Origin: Lama guanicoe
Lineage: Eukaryota
Assembly: GCA_013239625.1 (NCBI GenBank)
Contig: MU053557.1
Span: 2,820,123 to 2,884,122, forward strand
DNA: 64,000 nucleotides
Reading direction: 5' to 3'
Position numbers and translations under genes: made by a program. Positions within the stretch are counted from its first letter, which is position 1. Each line of letters begins with the position of its first letter. The notes beneath the pieces are model-generated. The model searched no databases, was not told where the DNA came from, and saw only the letters and a program-made list of their open reading frames with translations. Below, piece by piece: positions 37,896 to 50,109 of the stretch.

Positions 37896-39175
37896 AGCTT
37901 ACAGTTGATTTGGGGAAAAACTAGTAAAGAGTGTGAAATCCTTTGTGAGAAGAAGTTCAAGATGCTGTGGGAGCACTTGGGAGGCAGATTCAGCCAAGAG
38001 CTGGGTTTGGGGGATGCTTTCTGAGGCAAAGTCGTCTAACCTGAGACCTGAAAGAAAGTAAGTATTAGCTACGCGAAGGATGGAGAGTGGGTTCCACATG
38101 GAGGAAGCAACTTACGCAAAGGTCTTGAGTGAAACCAGACAACAGAACCCTTTAGAAACTTACAGTATTTTATTATGGCTGGAATCAAGTGTTCATAGTA
38201 AGAAAGTGACATGAAGTAAGGTTGGAGAAAGAAGGAATTCAGAGCCAGCACACAGACCATAGGAAAAGGGCTTGTTCCAACTTGAGTGGGAACTCACTGA
38301 CAGCTTGTATAGATGAGGACACCCTGATTAGGTTCCTCATTAGAAAGCTCATTCTGCCTGCAGGAAGGGAAAGAGGTAGAATGGGAAGACTAGAGGCTGC
38401 TGCCACAAGCTAGGAGAGAGAAGGTCGTCTGCACGGTGGTAATGGCAATGGGGATGGAGAAGAACAGATGGGAATCAAGAGTCATTTTGGAGGCTGTATC
38501 TGCTGGACAAGGTGATTGATTATGTGATGGGGGGCATAGTGGGAGGGGTAAGTGTTGATAAAAATGAAGTCAAGAATGACAGTGAGGTTTCTGACAAAAG
38601 CAACCCAGGAGATGGCTGGAAGTAGGAGACAGGGAAGGAAGAATAAACAGGTCATTGGCTTGAGGGGTGAAGAGTTTTAGACAGGTTAAATCTGTGGGAC
38701 GTCCAAAGGGTGACATCCAGGGAGTAGTCAACTATAGACGCCTGGAGCTCAGGACACACATCTGGGCTGGAAAATAAATGTGGGAGGCACTGGCAAACAG
38801 ATAATAACCAAAGCCATGTGTGTGCATGAGATCATCCAGGGATGAGTCAGAATAAGTAGTTTATAGGCTACTTACTCTGCCAGCACTGTCCACCCTCCTT
38901 AAATACACCCACTGAATTATTACAACCACGCTCTCATGTATTATCCCATTTTGTGGATGAGGAAACTGAGGCCTGGAGAGGCTGCAAAGTAGGACGCAGA
39001 GGCCAAATCTGAAATGGGTCCATCTGGCACCAGAGACTACACTCTAAACTATGATACTGGGCTACTTCTATGTCAAAATATACAGACTAAGAAGAGCAGA
39101 CTGGAAGGATAGAACCCGAGGGAATGAACACTTTAGTCACAGCAGGAAGAACCTACAATGAAGACTGTTAAGTAG
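37896..39175 (-). mobile_element. Long L2 fragment (also ~36945-37050) with a MIR at ~38850-39060
   Basis: L2 motifs ctgagacctgaa, ttagaaagctcattctg, gtcaagaatgacagtgaggtttctg, ctggagctcagg..ctgggctgga; MIR cccattttgtggatgaggaaactgaggc. Confidence 0.75.
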
Positions 39176-39309
39176 GGGGTGGACGGGGAACTTGCGGCTG
39201 ATCACTGTTAAGGTCACTTCTTAAAAACATCCTCACCATCAACAAGGTGACTAGAGGTGACTTTAAGGTGCCTCCTTAAAACTTAGGTCACACTGCATTT
39301 ACTAACATT

Positions 39310-41360
39310 CTTTTCTGACCATAAAAGCAATGCTTTATCCTTATAGAGGATTTAGAAAAGACAGAAAATACACAGAAGAAAATAAAAATCACCCCCATTC
39401 GACTACCTAGAAATACTTGCTGTAGCTGTTTAGGACACATTCCCTCAGACTTTTTCTACACATATAATAACAGATGGCTACTTCTTGAAAACACTTTTTA
39501 ATGTCTTATTTTGAAGGCACATTTTATTGTGTCTAAAGTGCACATTTAAAAATTGTGTATTTATTGCTTCTAAAGATGCATGTCTTAAAATCAGGATTTA
39601 GCTCATCATCAGTGGTATTTTTACAGGTAAAGAGCAGTTTTTTGTTCTTAGCTGTACATGGAAGAATGCTGCATCTTACAATCCACAGCATTTTAGATTG
39701 GGGATATCTGGTAGGTCATATATCCACATTGTTCAAAATTCAAAATATATTAAAAGTGTGCAGAGAAAAATCTCTTTCACTCCTGCTTACTGCAGTGCTC
39801 TTGCCTGGAGGCAAATGATATCTTCTAGTTGCTTGTCTACCCTTCCTGATGTATTTTAATGTACATACGATAAAACATTACCCATGTCCTTCTCTTTTTA
39901 AGAACATGGTAACATATCCACACTAGGACATCTTGAATTTTTCTTTAACTTAACAATGTATGTTGGAAATTTCCTTTTATTCTCAATTGTAAATTTTCCG
40001 TTGAAAGGATTACTACAATTCCTTAAGAAATCCCTTAGTTATAAGTACCCAAAGTTATTTCTGACTTTTGCTAAAGTAAACAATGCCATGGTGAATGATC
40101 TTGTACATTTCACACAATACCAGTATACCTATCAAATAAATCCCTAGAAATAAAACTGCCAAGTCAAAGGAGAAGTTCAGCTGTTTTGACAGATACTGTC
40201 AAACTGACCTCCATAAATGCTGTTTCAATTTATGATTCTTCCACAAATGTATGAAATACTGTTTTCCTACCCAATTTCCAGTATGATACCAACCTTTTTA
40301 TCTTTGCCAAATTGATAGATAAAGAAATGTATCTTTAATAAATTTTATTATTTTGGAATAACTTTAGAGAAAAGTTGCAAAGATAGCACAGAAAGTTCCT
40401 GGATACCCCTCACCCAGCTTCCCCTCACAGTAACATCTTATATTAACATGATACATTCATCAAAACTAAGAAACCAACATTGGTGTATTGCTCTTAATGA
40501 AACTCCAGGTTCTACTTGGATTTCACCAGTTTTTCTATTAATATCCCTTTTCTGTTCCAGAATTCTATCCAGGAGAACATACGGCATTTAGTCATCTTGT
40601 CTTTCTATTCTAGTTTCTGACGTTTTCTCAATTTTCCCTTATTCTTTATGACAGACAATTTTGAGGAGTTGGTATTTTGTAGAATATCCCTTACTTTGGG
40701 TTTGTCTGATATTTTTTTCATGATTAGACTAGAGAGAATAACCTTATTCATCTGGTTTAAGGTAGCATCTGCTGGGTTTCTCCACTGTAATATTGCTCTT
40801 TTTCCATTTTCCATACTCCATTCTTTGGATAGGAGTCACTGAGTGAAGTCTAAACTCAAGAGGGAACTCTTAGTGAAATTATAATTACCTTATGAGAGTG
40901 AGCACCTTTTCATGTGTAAGAACAAATCTGATTTTTTCTGAACTTTGTTACTATTTTGCCCATTTTTCTGTTGAACTCTTCTTAATATCAACTTATATGA
41001 GAAGTAAGGTCCTTTCCTATAATGCAAATTAAGCCTTTTCACACAGTTCACCATTTCTGGTATGTTTTTGTTGTGCTTATTGCAATGTTGACTGTAAATT
41101 TTTAATGGAATAAAATGGATCAGCTTTTTCCTTTAAGATATATGCGTTTTCTATCACACTTGTAAATATATTACCTGTTCTATGACGGTTTTTAGGACGT
41201 CCTATAGTTTCCTTTTTTGAGGTTAAGTCTTTGATCTACGTGGAGTTGATCTTGGTGTAAAAGGGAGCAGAATCTGATTTTATTTCTTTCATATACGGCT
41301 ACCCAGTTGCCCAAACAGCAATTTGTTGAAGAGTCTATTATTCCACTACTTTAAAGTGCA
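39310..41360 (-). mobile_element. Decayed L1ME-type element interrupted by an L1MC/MB-type 3' end (~40340-40865)
   Basis: ttttgacagatactgtcaaactgacctcc..; insert gaaaagttgcaaagatagcacagaaagttcc..aaaactaagaaaccaacattgg..ttggatttcaccagttttt. Confidence 0.65.
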
Positions 41361-42180
41361 ATAGATAATGTTGTAGGGAAAAAAGCAGAAGAGGCTCAAC
41401 CCTGCACAAATTCAAACCCCCACTTTCTTTCCATAGAGGCAGAAAAACCATGCAAACAAACCAACATATGAAGAAACAAACCAACCTCTCATGTTTTACA
41501 CTATGGAGTATATAAGCTGATCTCAGTATTTCTGGGCAGTTTTTTTTTTTGAGCTACCCTTGGCACACTGAGCAACCTTCACCTTGATCCTATCTCAGCA
41601 GCCTGGCTCCAGTCTGTAGCCTCGGAGACAGGTAAGGACAGAGATGATTAGAGTCACACAGGGTTACGAGCATTATTTTAAATCTCCAGTTAGAGCTACA
41701 GAAACAGGGTTGTGAGAAGGATGCTGTTGCTGGCAATTCCCCACTTAAAAGTCATCCCCAACGTGGAGAGAAATGCGTCTTGACTGTACGGGCGTGGGAA
41801 CAGTGGTTGATGTTAAAATTCTTCAAGGTGACTCGGGCACACCGACAATAGGGATAAGTGGTACAATCTACTTATAATTTAAAAACATCTTTGGCAACGT
41901 TCTACCCAAAATCCAGATGAGGAAGACAAGTGCTCATGTCCTTGGAGAGGATAGCTGTGTCAGGGATCGCCACTGCTTTAAAGAGGACGATCGGTAAGGT
42001 AAGGATATCTGAATAAACCAGCTGTGCAAAGACTTCAGGGCAAGGGATCCTTGTTCCCTACAGGTGTGTTCTAGGCTCATCCTCAGCTCAGTCTGCACAA
42101 GTAACCCAGAGGAAGAAGAGCAAAATGATGACTGTAAGTTTTTGAGTGACACTGATATTTTTCAGATTGATTTTTTTTTT

Positions 42181-42203
42181 TTGCTTGCTTGCTTGCTTGC
42201 TTG
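42181..42203. repeat. (GCTT)n microsatellite after a T run
   Basis: Directly visible. Confidence 0.9.
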
Positions 42204-42384
42204 AAGAACAGAGCCAAAGAAGTGAAAAACAGTAAACTCTGATATATCTATTTGGAATTTGGGCAGGAAAGTATCATAGGAGATGAAAGGTGAATAAAGG
42301 TAATAATGCATTAAAGAAAGAACAAAAAAGTCAAAGCAGACAGAAAATAAAGGGCTCTGTTTTGCAATAGGTTTAGTTCACACA

Positions 42385-42600
42385 GTTAATGAAACACTAA
42401 CATAGTACTTAGCTACGTGCTTTACGCCGTTTTAAGCCCTTTTACATACACTAACTCTTATAATCCTCATAACCTACCATGAGGGAGGGTCCGTCATTCT
42501 CCTCATTTTCACACAGTAGAGAATGAACGCCTGGCGAGAATGAGTTACAAGTTGCAGGTCACGCAGCTGGGAAGTGGCACTGCCCTGGGCAGCTGGGCCC
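42385..42600 (-). mobile_element. MIR SINE
   Basis: taatcctcataacc..catgagg..ctcattttcacac..ggtcacgcagctgggaagtggca. Confidence 0.65.
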
Positions 42601-42639
42601 GGGGAGGCTCCAGAGATTGGTTAGAAGAGACAGTGGCTC

Positions 42640-42991
42640 CCATCTTGGTCACTTCCTCTCCATTGGATCTTGCCACTGAGGGAAGCCAGCCACCACACAG
42701 TGCCCCACAGAGAGGCCTATGTGAGTTAGCTTGGAAGCACATCTTCTGAGGCTTGCCAACAACGTATGAATAAACTTGGAAAAGGATCCTCCAGTCCCAA
42801 GCGAAGCCTTGAAATGATGCAACTCTGGCTGACAGCTTAACTGCACCATCATGAGAGACCTTGAGCCAGACGCACCCAGCTCAGACATGGCCAGCTTCCC
42901 GACCCACAGAAACTGAGATAATAAAAGCTTGTTGTTTTTAAGCTGCTAAGTCATTGGGTAGTTTGTGAGGCAGTAGTAAGTAAATAATGCA
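42640..42991 (+). mobile_element. MaLR LTR (MLT1F-like)
   Basis: gccttgaaatgatgcaactctggctgacagcttaactgca..catgagagaccttgagccaga..cccacagaaactgagataataaa..ttttaagctgctaagt. Confidence 0.85.
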
Positions 42992-43194
42992 GATCCTTGA
43001 AGTAAAAAAAATATTCCGTAGAGAAAGACACTTCACAATTTTTTTTTTTTTAAAGAAAAAGCCTATAGTTTTATACATTTAGGTCTTTTACTCCTTTGGG
43101 TTTTTTTATTTGGTTTTTTCTTTATCTGTTTGTTTAAGAAAATGTGTGTGTGAAGTAAAAGGATCTCAGGTTATTCTATTTAAAATCTTCACAA

Positions 43195-44420
43195 TTTTTT
43201 TTAATTGTGATAAAATGCACATAACATAAAATTTACCATCTCCATCGTTTTCTACTGAGTGCGCAGTTAGGTAGTGTTAAGTATATTGTGATTGTTAGGC
43301 AAACACTCTCCGGAGGTTTTTCATCTTATAAAACTGAAATTCTCCACCCAGGAAATGACGACTCCTGTTTACCCCTCTCCCAGCCTCTGGCCATCACCAC
43401 CATTCTACTTTTATTTCTATCAGTTTGACTACTCTTGCTTCCTCATGTAAGTGAAATCATATAATACTAGTCTTTTTGTAGCTGGCTTGTTTTATTCAGT
43501 ATAATGTCTTTAAGGTCATTCTATGTTGTAGCATGTATCCAAATTTCCTTCTTTATAAGGTTGAATTTGTGTGTATAGACCATGTTTTGTTTATCCATTC
43601 ATCTGCAATGGACATTTGGGTTGCTTCCACCTTTTGGCTACTGTGAATAATGTTGCTGTAAATATAAATGTATAAATATCTGAGATCCTGCTTTCAATTC
43701 TTTTGGATATATATTTAGAAATGGTCCTGCTGGATCACATGGAAATTCTATTTTTAATTTTTTGAGGAACCACCATACTGTTTTCCACAGTGGCTGCGCC
43801 ATTTCAAATTCCTACCAACAATGCTAAAGTGTTCTAATTTCTCCACAAATTCAAGACTTGTTATTTTTTGCATTTTGGATTCTGTTTTTTGATAGTAACC
43901 ATTCTGATGGGTGTGAGGTGACATCTCATTGCAGCGTTGATTGGCATTTCCCTAACGATGAATGATGCTGAGCATCTTTTCACGAGCTGGTAGGCCATTT
44001 GCATATCTTCTCTGCAGAAATGTCTATTCAAATCCTTGGCTTATGTTTTTCGTTGGGTTGTTGGTTTTGTGTTGTTGAGTCGTGTAGGTGTTTTTACATA
44101 TACTCTGGATTACCCCCTTATCAAATAGATGATTTTCCAATATTTCTTCCCATTCTACAGGTTGTCTTTTCACTCTATTGACTGTGCCCTTTGATGAGCA
44201 GATGTTTTTAATTTTAAAGTAGTTTAATTTATCTACTTTTGTTTTTGTCGCCCATGCTTCTGGTATAATATTCCAGAAATCATAGCCAGACCCAATGTCA
44301 TGAAGCTTTTCCCCTAGGTTTACCTTCTAAAAGTTTTATAGTTTTAGGTTTTTCATTTAGATCTTTGATGCATTTTGAGTTAATTTCTGTATACGGTGTA
44401 AGGTAAGGATCCAACATTGA
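43195..44420 (-). mobile_element. L1MB-type LINE-1 3' portion
   Basis: ttttaattgtgataaaatgcacataacataaaatttaccatc..gaggaaccaccatactgttttccacagtggctg..agacccaatgtcatgaagctttt. Confidence 0.88.
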
Positions 44421-46464
44421 ATTTAATTTTTTTGCCCAGTTGATTAGTTAACTGCCTCAGCACAATTTACTGAGTAATTTATTCCTTTCCTATCAACTTG
44501 AAATATTATTTTGATCATATACCAAGTAACAATGCATATGAAAATATTTCTGTTCATTGAGCTATTTGTGTATTCTGGTGCCATTGCCATATGGACTTAT
44601 TTAATGTGGGCTAATTTTGTACTCTGATTAGGTAGGCAAAGTTCTCTCTCATTATATTCTTTTTTGACATTTTCTTGGTGATTTTTGCATATTCATTCGT
44701 CCTAAAGAATTTCACTGTGGGTTTTTAGAATCCTCCTCTGCCAGCCCATCAATACCACTTCACCTCCCCATCCCTACAAAAAAAAAAAATTAGAGAGTAA
44801 GAGAGAAGAGGTTTGGACAGGATTTATATTTTGTAATATTCTGATATTTCTGAACATGTGTGCTCCTCCATTAGTATGTCCCATCTCAGATCAAACACAC
44901 ACATATCACATATATACATATATATTACATGTATACACAAATATTACATATATATCACATACGTAAATTTTGTTTGTGTTCAATATAGCTTTGTGATTTT
45001 CTTGTCTTTGAGGCATCCAAAAATAGAATTTTATACTTTCACTTAAAAAAGTGAGGCAGACTTGTATCTACTGTTACGGAGAGATACCTACAAAGTATTT
45101 CAACAACAAAAAAATTAAGAATAGTCTGTTGTATGACTTTTTCTGAGACAAATAAAATTGTGTGCATGTATCTATGCTTTCTCACCCTCAACTCCCTTAC
45201 TAGAGTTGAATGCACACTGAACACAGGGTAAGAAAAGGATACCTTGGTAATATAATGAATTGGAAATCCTTTGAGCAAAATGAATCAGATGTGCACAAAG
45301 AACGTCAGTTTTGGCAGGATAAATGGGCTAATGGTCTCATGAGTACTCTAATCTTCGCCTTCTTCGTACCTTCCCTCCCCTCCCTGATAGCCTCATCCAG
45401 AAGGGAACCCTGATGATTGACAAGCAATCACAAAGATTAAAGTTAGGAACAGGAGTAGGAGAAAAAGAGACAAGTGAAAAGACAGGTGGGGTGAGGGGAG
45501 GGTTCAAGGGAGAGAATGGAGGCTCTCATGGACCTGAATGGGTGAGGGAGACTTGCATATGAAACAAAAGAATATTATCTCTTGTTTATTCATTGACTCT
45601 AACTTTATGTTACTGTGGTCTCGATGATGCTGATTATTGTAGTATTTTTTCACATTAGAGGCTAGTATGTAGTCAATTTTTGTAAAGTTTTATACGTGCT
45701 TGAGAAGAATTGATTTCTCTAATTTGTAGAGACAAGATCTCATACACGTACATGTTTGTTACCTGGCACTAGCTAACTGTGTTATTCAAACATTCTCTAT
45801 CCTTAGCAATTTTGGTGTTTGTTAGTTCTGTCAATATTTGAGAGGGATGGATTGATAAATTTTTTTTACATGGGTACTCAAACTCAAGAGAGCATGAATC
45901 CTGAATAGATTAAATAAAAAGCCATTCACATCTAGAAAGATCCCCGTATAAGCTCAGAACATTTAAAATATGGTATTTCTTATGCACGCTCCTTGTTTTT
46001 TGTATGTTTTCTTCCACTAGAACTTTAAGTCCCACAAAGACAGGCAGGACATTGTGCTTGTATTGTTCCCTATGTCATGTCTAGCCTCGGGCAGAGTACC
46101 CCATGCATAGTAAGCACTCTATAAGCACTTGTTGAGGTAAGTAATTCCATCATTCCCTTTATTCAGAGTTCAGTTTTTTTCTGACTGCAGTTCATACTTC
46201 AATCCTTCTTTTAGGGAGGGTCTTAAGTGGTAAATTCTGAGTCCTTTTGATCAGAAGTTCCTATCTGGCCTTTACTCCTGAATGAGAGTTTAGCTGAATA
46301 AAGTCCTCTACGCTGACAGTTATTTATTGTTTTCTTCAGAAGTTTGACTCAATTACTCCAGTTAATTGTTTTCTGGCCCACAATGTTGTTGATAATTTAG
46401 CTTTCAGACTGTCATTCTTTGGAAGGTAACCGTTCTCTTCTCTCTGGGAATTTTTTGTTTAATT

Positions 46465-46960
46465 ATGCTCCTTTATTTTGAGATAATTATAAATTCACAA
46501 GCAGTTGTAAGAAATAATATGGAGAGAGCCCTTTTGCCCTTTACTCAGTTTATCTCAGTGGTAACATCTTGTAAAACTACAGCATAGATAAACAACAAGT
46601 TTATACTGTATAGCACAGGAAACTATATTCAATATCTTATAGTTACTTATGGTGAAAAAGAATATGAAAACAAATATATGTGTGTTCTTGTACAACTGAA
46701 GCATTGTGCTGTACACCAGAAACTGACGCAACATTGTAAACTGACTACACTTCAATTAAAAAAAATTACAGAAGTATAGTATAAAATCACAGGATATTGA
46801 TTCTGACACAATAAAGATACAGAACTTTCCCATCTCTCATGTTCCCCTTTTAAAGCCATACCTACTTCCCTCTGCCTTAAACGCCACCCTTAACTGCTGT
46901 CATCCACAAATCTGCTCTTCAATTCTGTAACTGTGTCATTTCAAGAATGTTAAACAAATT
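46465..46960 (-). mobile_element. L1MC-type 3' end with a nested + strand lineage-specific L1 3' fragment (~46585-46765)
   Basis: ttttgagataattataaattcacaagcagttgtaagaaataatatggagag..caggatattga..; insert tagataaacaacaag..tatagcacagga..ctgactacacttcaattaaaaaaaa. Confidence 0.8.
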
Positions 46961-46961
46961 G

Positions 46962-47222
46962 AGAGACTGAATATATAAACTGAGACAATGAATATTCAGG
47001 CTGACAGTGAAAACAGAACTCTGACCCCCAACTTCTGCAGCAATCAGCCCGGAAAGTCAAACTACAAACTCTGCATCCTATGGCCCAGAATGGTCAGGAC
47101 TTGGTCAGTGACTCCGTCAGTGACTCCTAGTGTCTGTTTCTTGTCCTTACTGCCAGCATAGGACCAACCAGAGAAAACCAAATACGCTCCCCAAGTCAAC
47201 CACACAGGATGCTTTGCTTCTA
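46962..47222 (+). mobile_element. ERV1-class LTR fragment (MER89/MER110-like)
   Basis: aaacagaactctgacc..ctgcagcaatcagccc..ggcccagaatggtcaggacttggtca..aggaccaaccagagaaaaccaaata..caggatgc..gcttcta. Confidence 0.6.
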
Positions 47223-47229
47223 CTTAACT

Positions 47230-48760
47230 CTTATCATCACTATTTTTTTTCCTTCTGCTTGATTTGGGCTTATTTTGCTCCTCTTTTTCTAGGTTATTGG
47301 GATAGGAGCTTAGATTATTGGTTTGAGATTTTTTTCTTTTTTCTAATGTATGAATTTAGTACTATAAATTTTCTTCTCAGTTTCAGCCATGTCTCGCAAA
47401 TTTTGATATGTTGTATTTTCATTTTCACTCAATTTAATATATATTTATTTCCCTTGAGACTTCCTCTTTGACCCTGGATTATTTAACTTCCAAGTGTTTG
47501 GAAAATTTCCTATTATCTTTCTGTTATCGATTTCTAGTTTGATTCCATTGTGGTCAGAGAACACACTCCTCCACATGACTTTAATTCTTTTAAATTTGAT
47601 GAGGGTTGATTTATGGTATAAAGTATGGTCTGTATTCCATGGGTACTTGAAGAGTGTGTGTCCTGATGTTGGTGGTGTCCTATAAATGTTAATTAGACCC
47701 CAACGGTTGATGGTGTTGTTTTGTTCTTCCATATCCTTATTATTTTCAGTCTAGTTGTTGTATCAATTGTTTAAAAAGGGGTGTTGAAGCCTCTAACTGT
47801 AATTTTGTATTTGTCTATTTCTGCTTTTAATTATATCATTTTTGCTTAACATGTTTTGCAGCTGTGTTGTTTGGTGTGTACATATTTAGGGACATATTGC
47901 TATGTCCCTTAGTGAATTAATCCTTTTATCATTATATAACATCCCCTTCTGTCTCTTGTAAGTTTCTTTGCTCTAAAGTCTACTTTCTCTGATGTAGACT
48001 ATAGCCACTCCTTTTTCTGATTAATGTTTGAGTGATACATCTTTTTCCATCCTTTTACCTTCAGCCTGCCTATACTATTATATCTGAAGTGAGTTTCTTA
48101 TAGACATCATAGTTGTGTCATGTTTTTTAATCCATTCTGACAATTTCTATCTTTTAATTTGTCTATTTAGGCTATTTATATTTAACATAACTTTAATATA
48201 TTAGGCCTAAGTCTGTCAGAAGGGAAAGTGGGAGGAGGGCAGCCTTGCAACTGTCATTTGGGGGTTAAAGTCCAGGTTTCTCACTTGCCTCCATTGACAC
48301 CTGAGAGGAAAGATTCTTTAGTACTACTGGACAGGAGCAGGGGTTGGAAGAGGAAGTTCTGACTTTCTATAGGCCTCCACTGATACCTCCCTGGGTGAGA
48401 GGGGAAGGAATTCTGCCTTCTGCTTTCTTTCAGTGACATCATGTTGGGGATGTAGGGAGGAGCTGGCCTTGTTTCTGTTGGGTGGTGGTGAACATCCTGA
48501 CTCTTCATTGGGCATCCTATGACACACTCCTGGTTGGGAGGAGGAGGGGTGCTTCATCACTGCCAGATGAAGGTGGAATCACAGATACCTCGTGTGGTCC
48601 TTACCAGCCCTGCGGTGCTGGGGCACTCATTATCACCTGGCTGGATAAAAGTCCTGGGTTCCTGCTTGGCCTTCTCTGACCTCATCCGAGTCGGGATGTT
48701 GAGACACTTCATTACAGACTCTTGAGGGTAGAAGCCTAGGCTTCCCATTCAGCCTTGCGT
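47230..48760 (-). mobile_element. Ancient L1 (L1MC/MD): ORF2 endonuclease region (47230-48218) joined to GC-richer 5'-region repeats (48220-48760)
   Basis: ORF 47445-47732 contains INIYRT..DHTLYHK..SVFSDHNGIKLEI..NTWKLNN (L1 EN-domain motifs); downstream ctccactgatacctccctgg-type repeats. Confidence 0.75.
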
Positions 48761-48859
48761 ACTATGACAGATACTGTTACCTTGGGGTAAGAGCAAGAAA
48801 AAGTGTGGTAGCTCTGCCTCCAACACACTCTTTAATTCTGTATTCTTATGTTGGGGCGT

Positions 48860-49090
48860 CTGATGAGGATCACACAGAACATGGGATTTAGAACCCAAGT
48901 TTAACTCTGTAAGTTGCTATTGTCTGATCTTGGGTAGTTTAGTTTCTCTAAGCCTCAGCATTCTCATGTGAAAATGAGCATAAGGGTAATTACGTTACAG
49001 GACTTTTTGGAGGCTGTAAATTCGTAGTAGATGTGAAGCCCTTAGTCCATAGCAGGGTTCAATAAAGGACCCTTGCTATCATCATTGTCC
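48860..49090 (+). mobile_element. MIR SINE
   Basis: tgatcttgggtagttt..tctctaagcctcagcattctcatgtgaaaatgag..gatgtgaagcccttag. Confidence 0.65.
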
Positions 49091-49699
49091 CTCCTCATTA
49101 TTAATGTCTTCATTGTCACTGTCACAGTAACTAGAAATATCCAACACTGGTTTCCATGAAGGAGTCATATACAAACAAAATTCTGGCTCCCTCTGTTTGA
49201 ATGCTGAAATGGTTAGCAGCCATTTTCTATGGATTAAGTAGAGCTGCTATTTAAGCCAGGAAGCAGGAACGGGCCTCAGAGCTATGTGTGACCTGCAGGA
49301 AACTACGTCTCATTAAAAGCACTGTGTTTTCCCTCTAGGTATGGACCCATTTCAGGAATAACAGAGCAGATTTGGGGTTCCTGAGGTCAAGACAGGCAAT
49401 CAGAAAAATTTTTACAGCCATTTAACTCTTACTCTGCTGTGACCCAGCTGGGTTAGATGGACATGCAACAAGGCACAATATAATAATATATAATTATATT
49501 TATATAGTGATATAAATATAATATTTAATATATAATATAATAACTCAAGCAGGTTTTCTTGCACCTTATGTTACCAGAGCCAAGCAATAATCTGGCAAGG
49601 TAGGAGCAGGTGGGACAGGGTAAAGGCTCAGAGAGGTAATAACTTGCCTAATAAAGCAAACAAGCAGCTGAGTCACAAGTCACATTACCTGGTGGGTAC

Positions 49700-50075
49700 C
49701 ATCTTAGTTGGTTTCCTCTGGAAACTGATGCTGAGCCAAGGACCTGATTGTAAGTGGTTTGTTTGGGAGGTGGTCCCAGAAAACACTGGTATAGGAGTGG
49801 AGAAGTAAGAAGGGAAGGAAAGGCAGTGAATAAAGAATGCATTTTCAGGTGATTTAGTGCTGGGAGCCAAGGGAGCTTAAGCCTGCTGTAGGACACACAC
49901 CTAAGAGCTATCCCACCTGAGGGGCAAGAGAGCAGCTGTCGTATTTACCCATCAACCCCTACAGTCCTTAGCGGGGGCTGTTCCTGGGGGTGTTAATTCC
50001 CTGGTGTTGTGACTTTTTGTCTGCAGGGCCTGCTCTGACCACACTTCAGGCATGGATGGTTGGCAGGCAGGCCCA
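49700..50075 (-). mobile_element. ERVL LTR (LTR16-like)
   Basis: tcttagttggtttcctctggaaactgatgctgagccaagg..gtaagtggtttgtttgggaggtggtcccagaaaacactgg. Confidence 0.7.
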
Positions 50076-50109
50076 GCAATGGTGGGTGGTAGGGCTACAT
50101 GCAGGGTAT

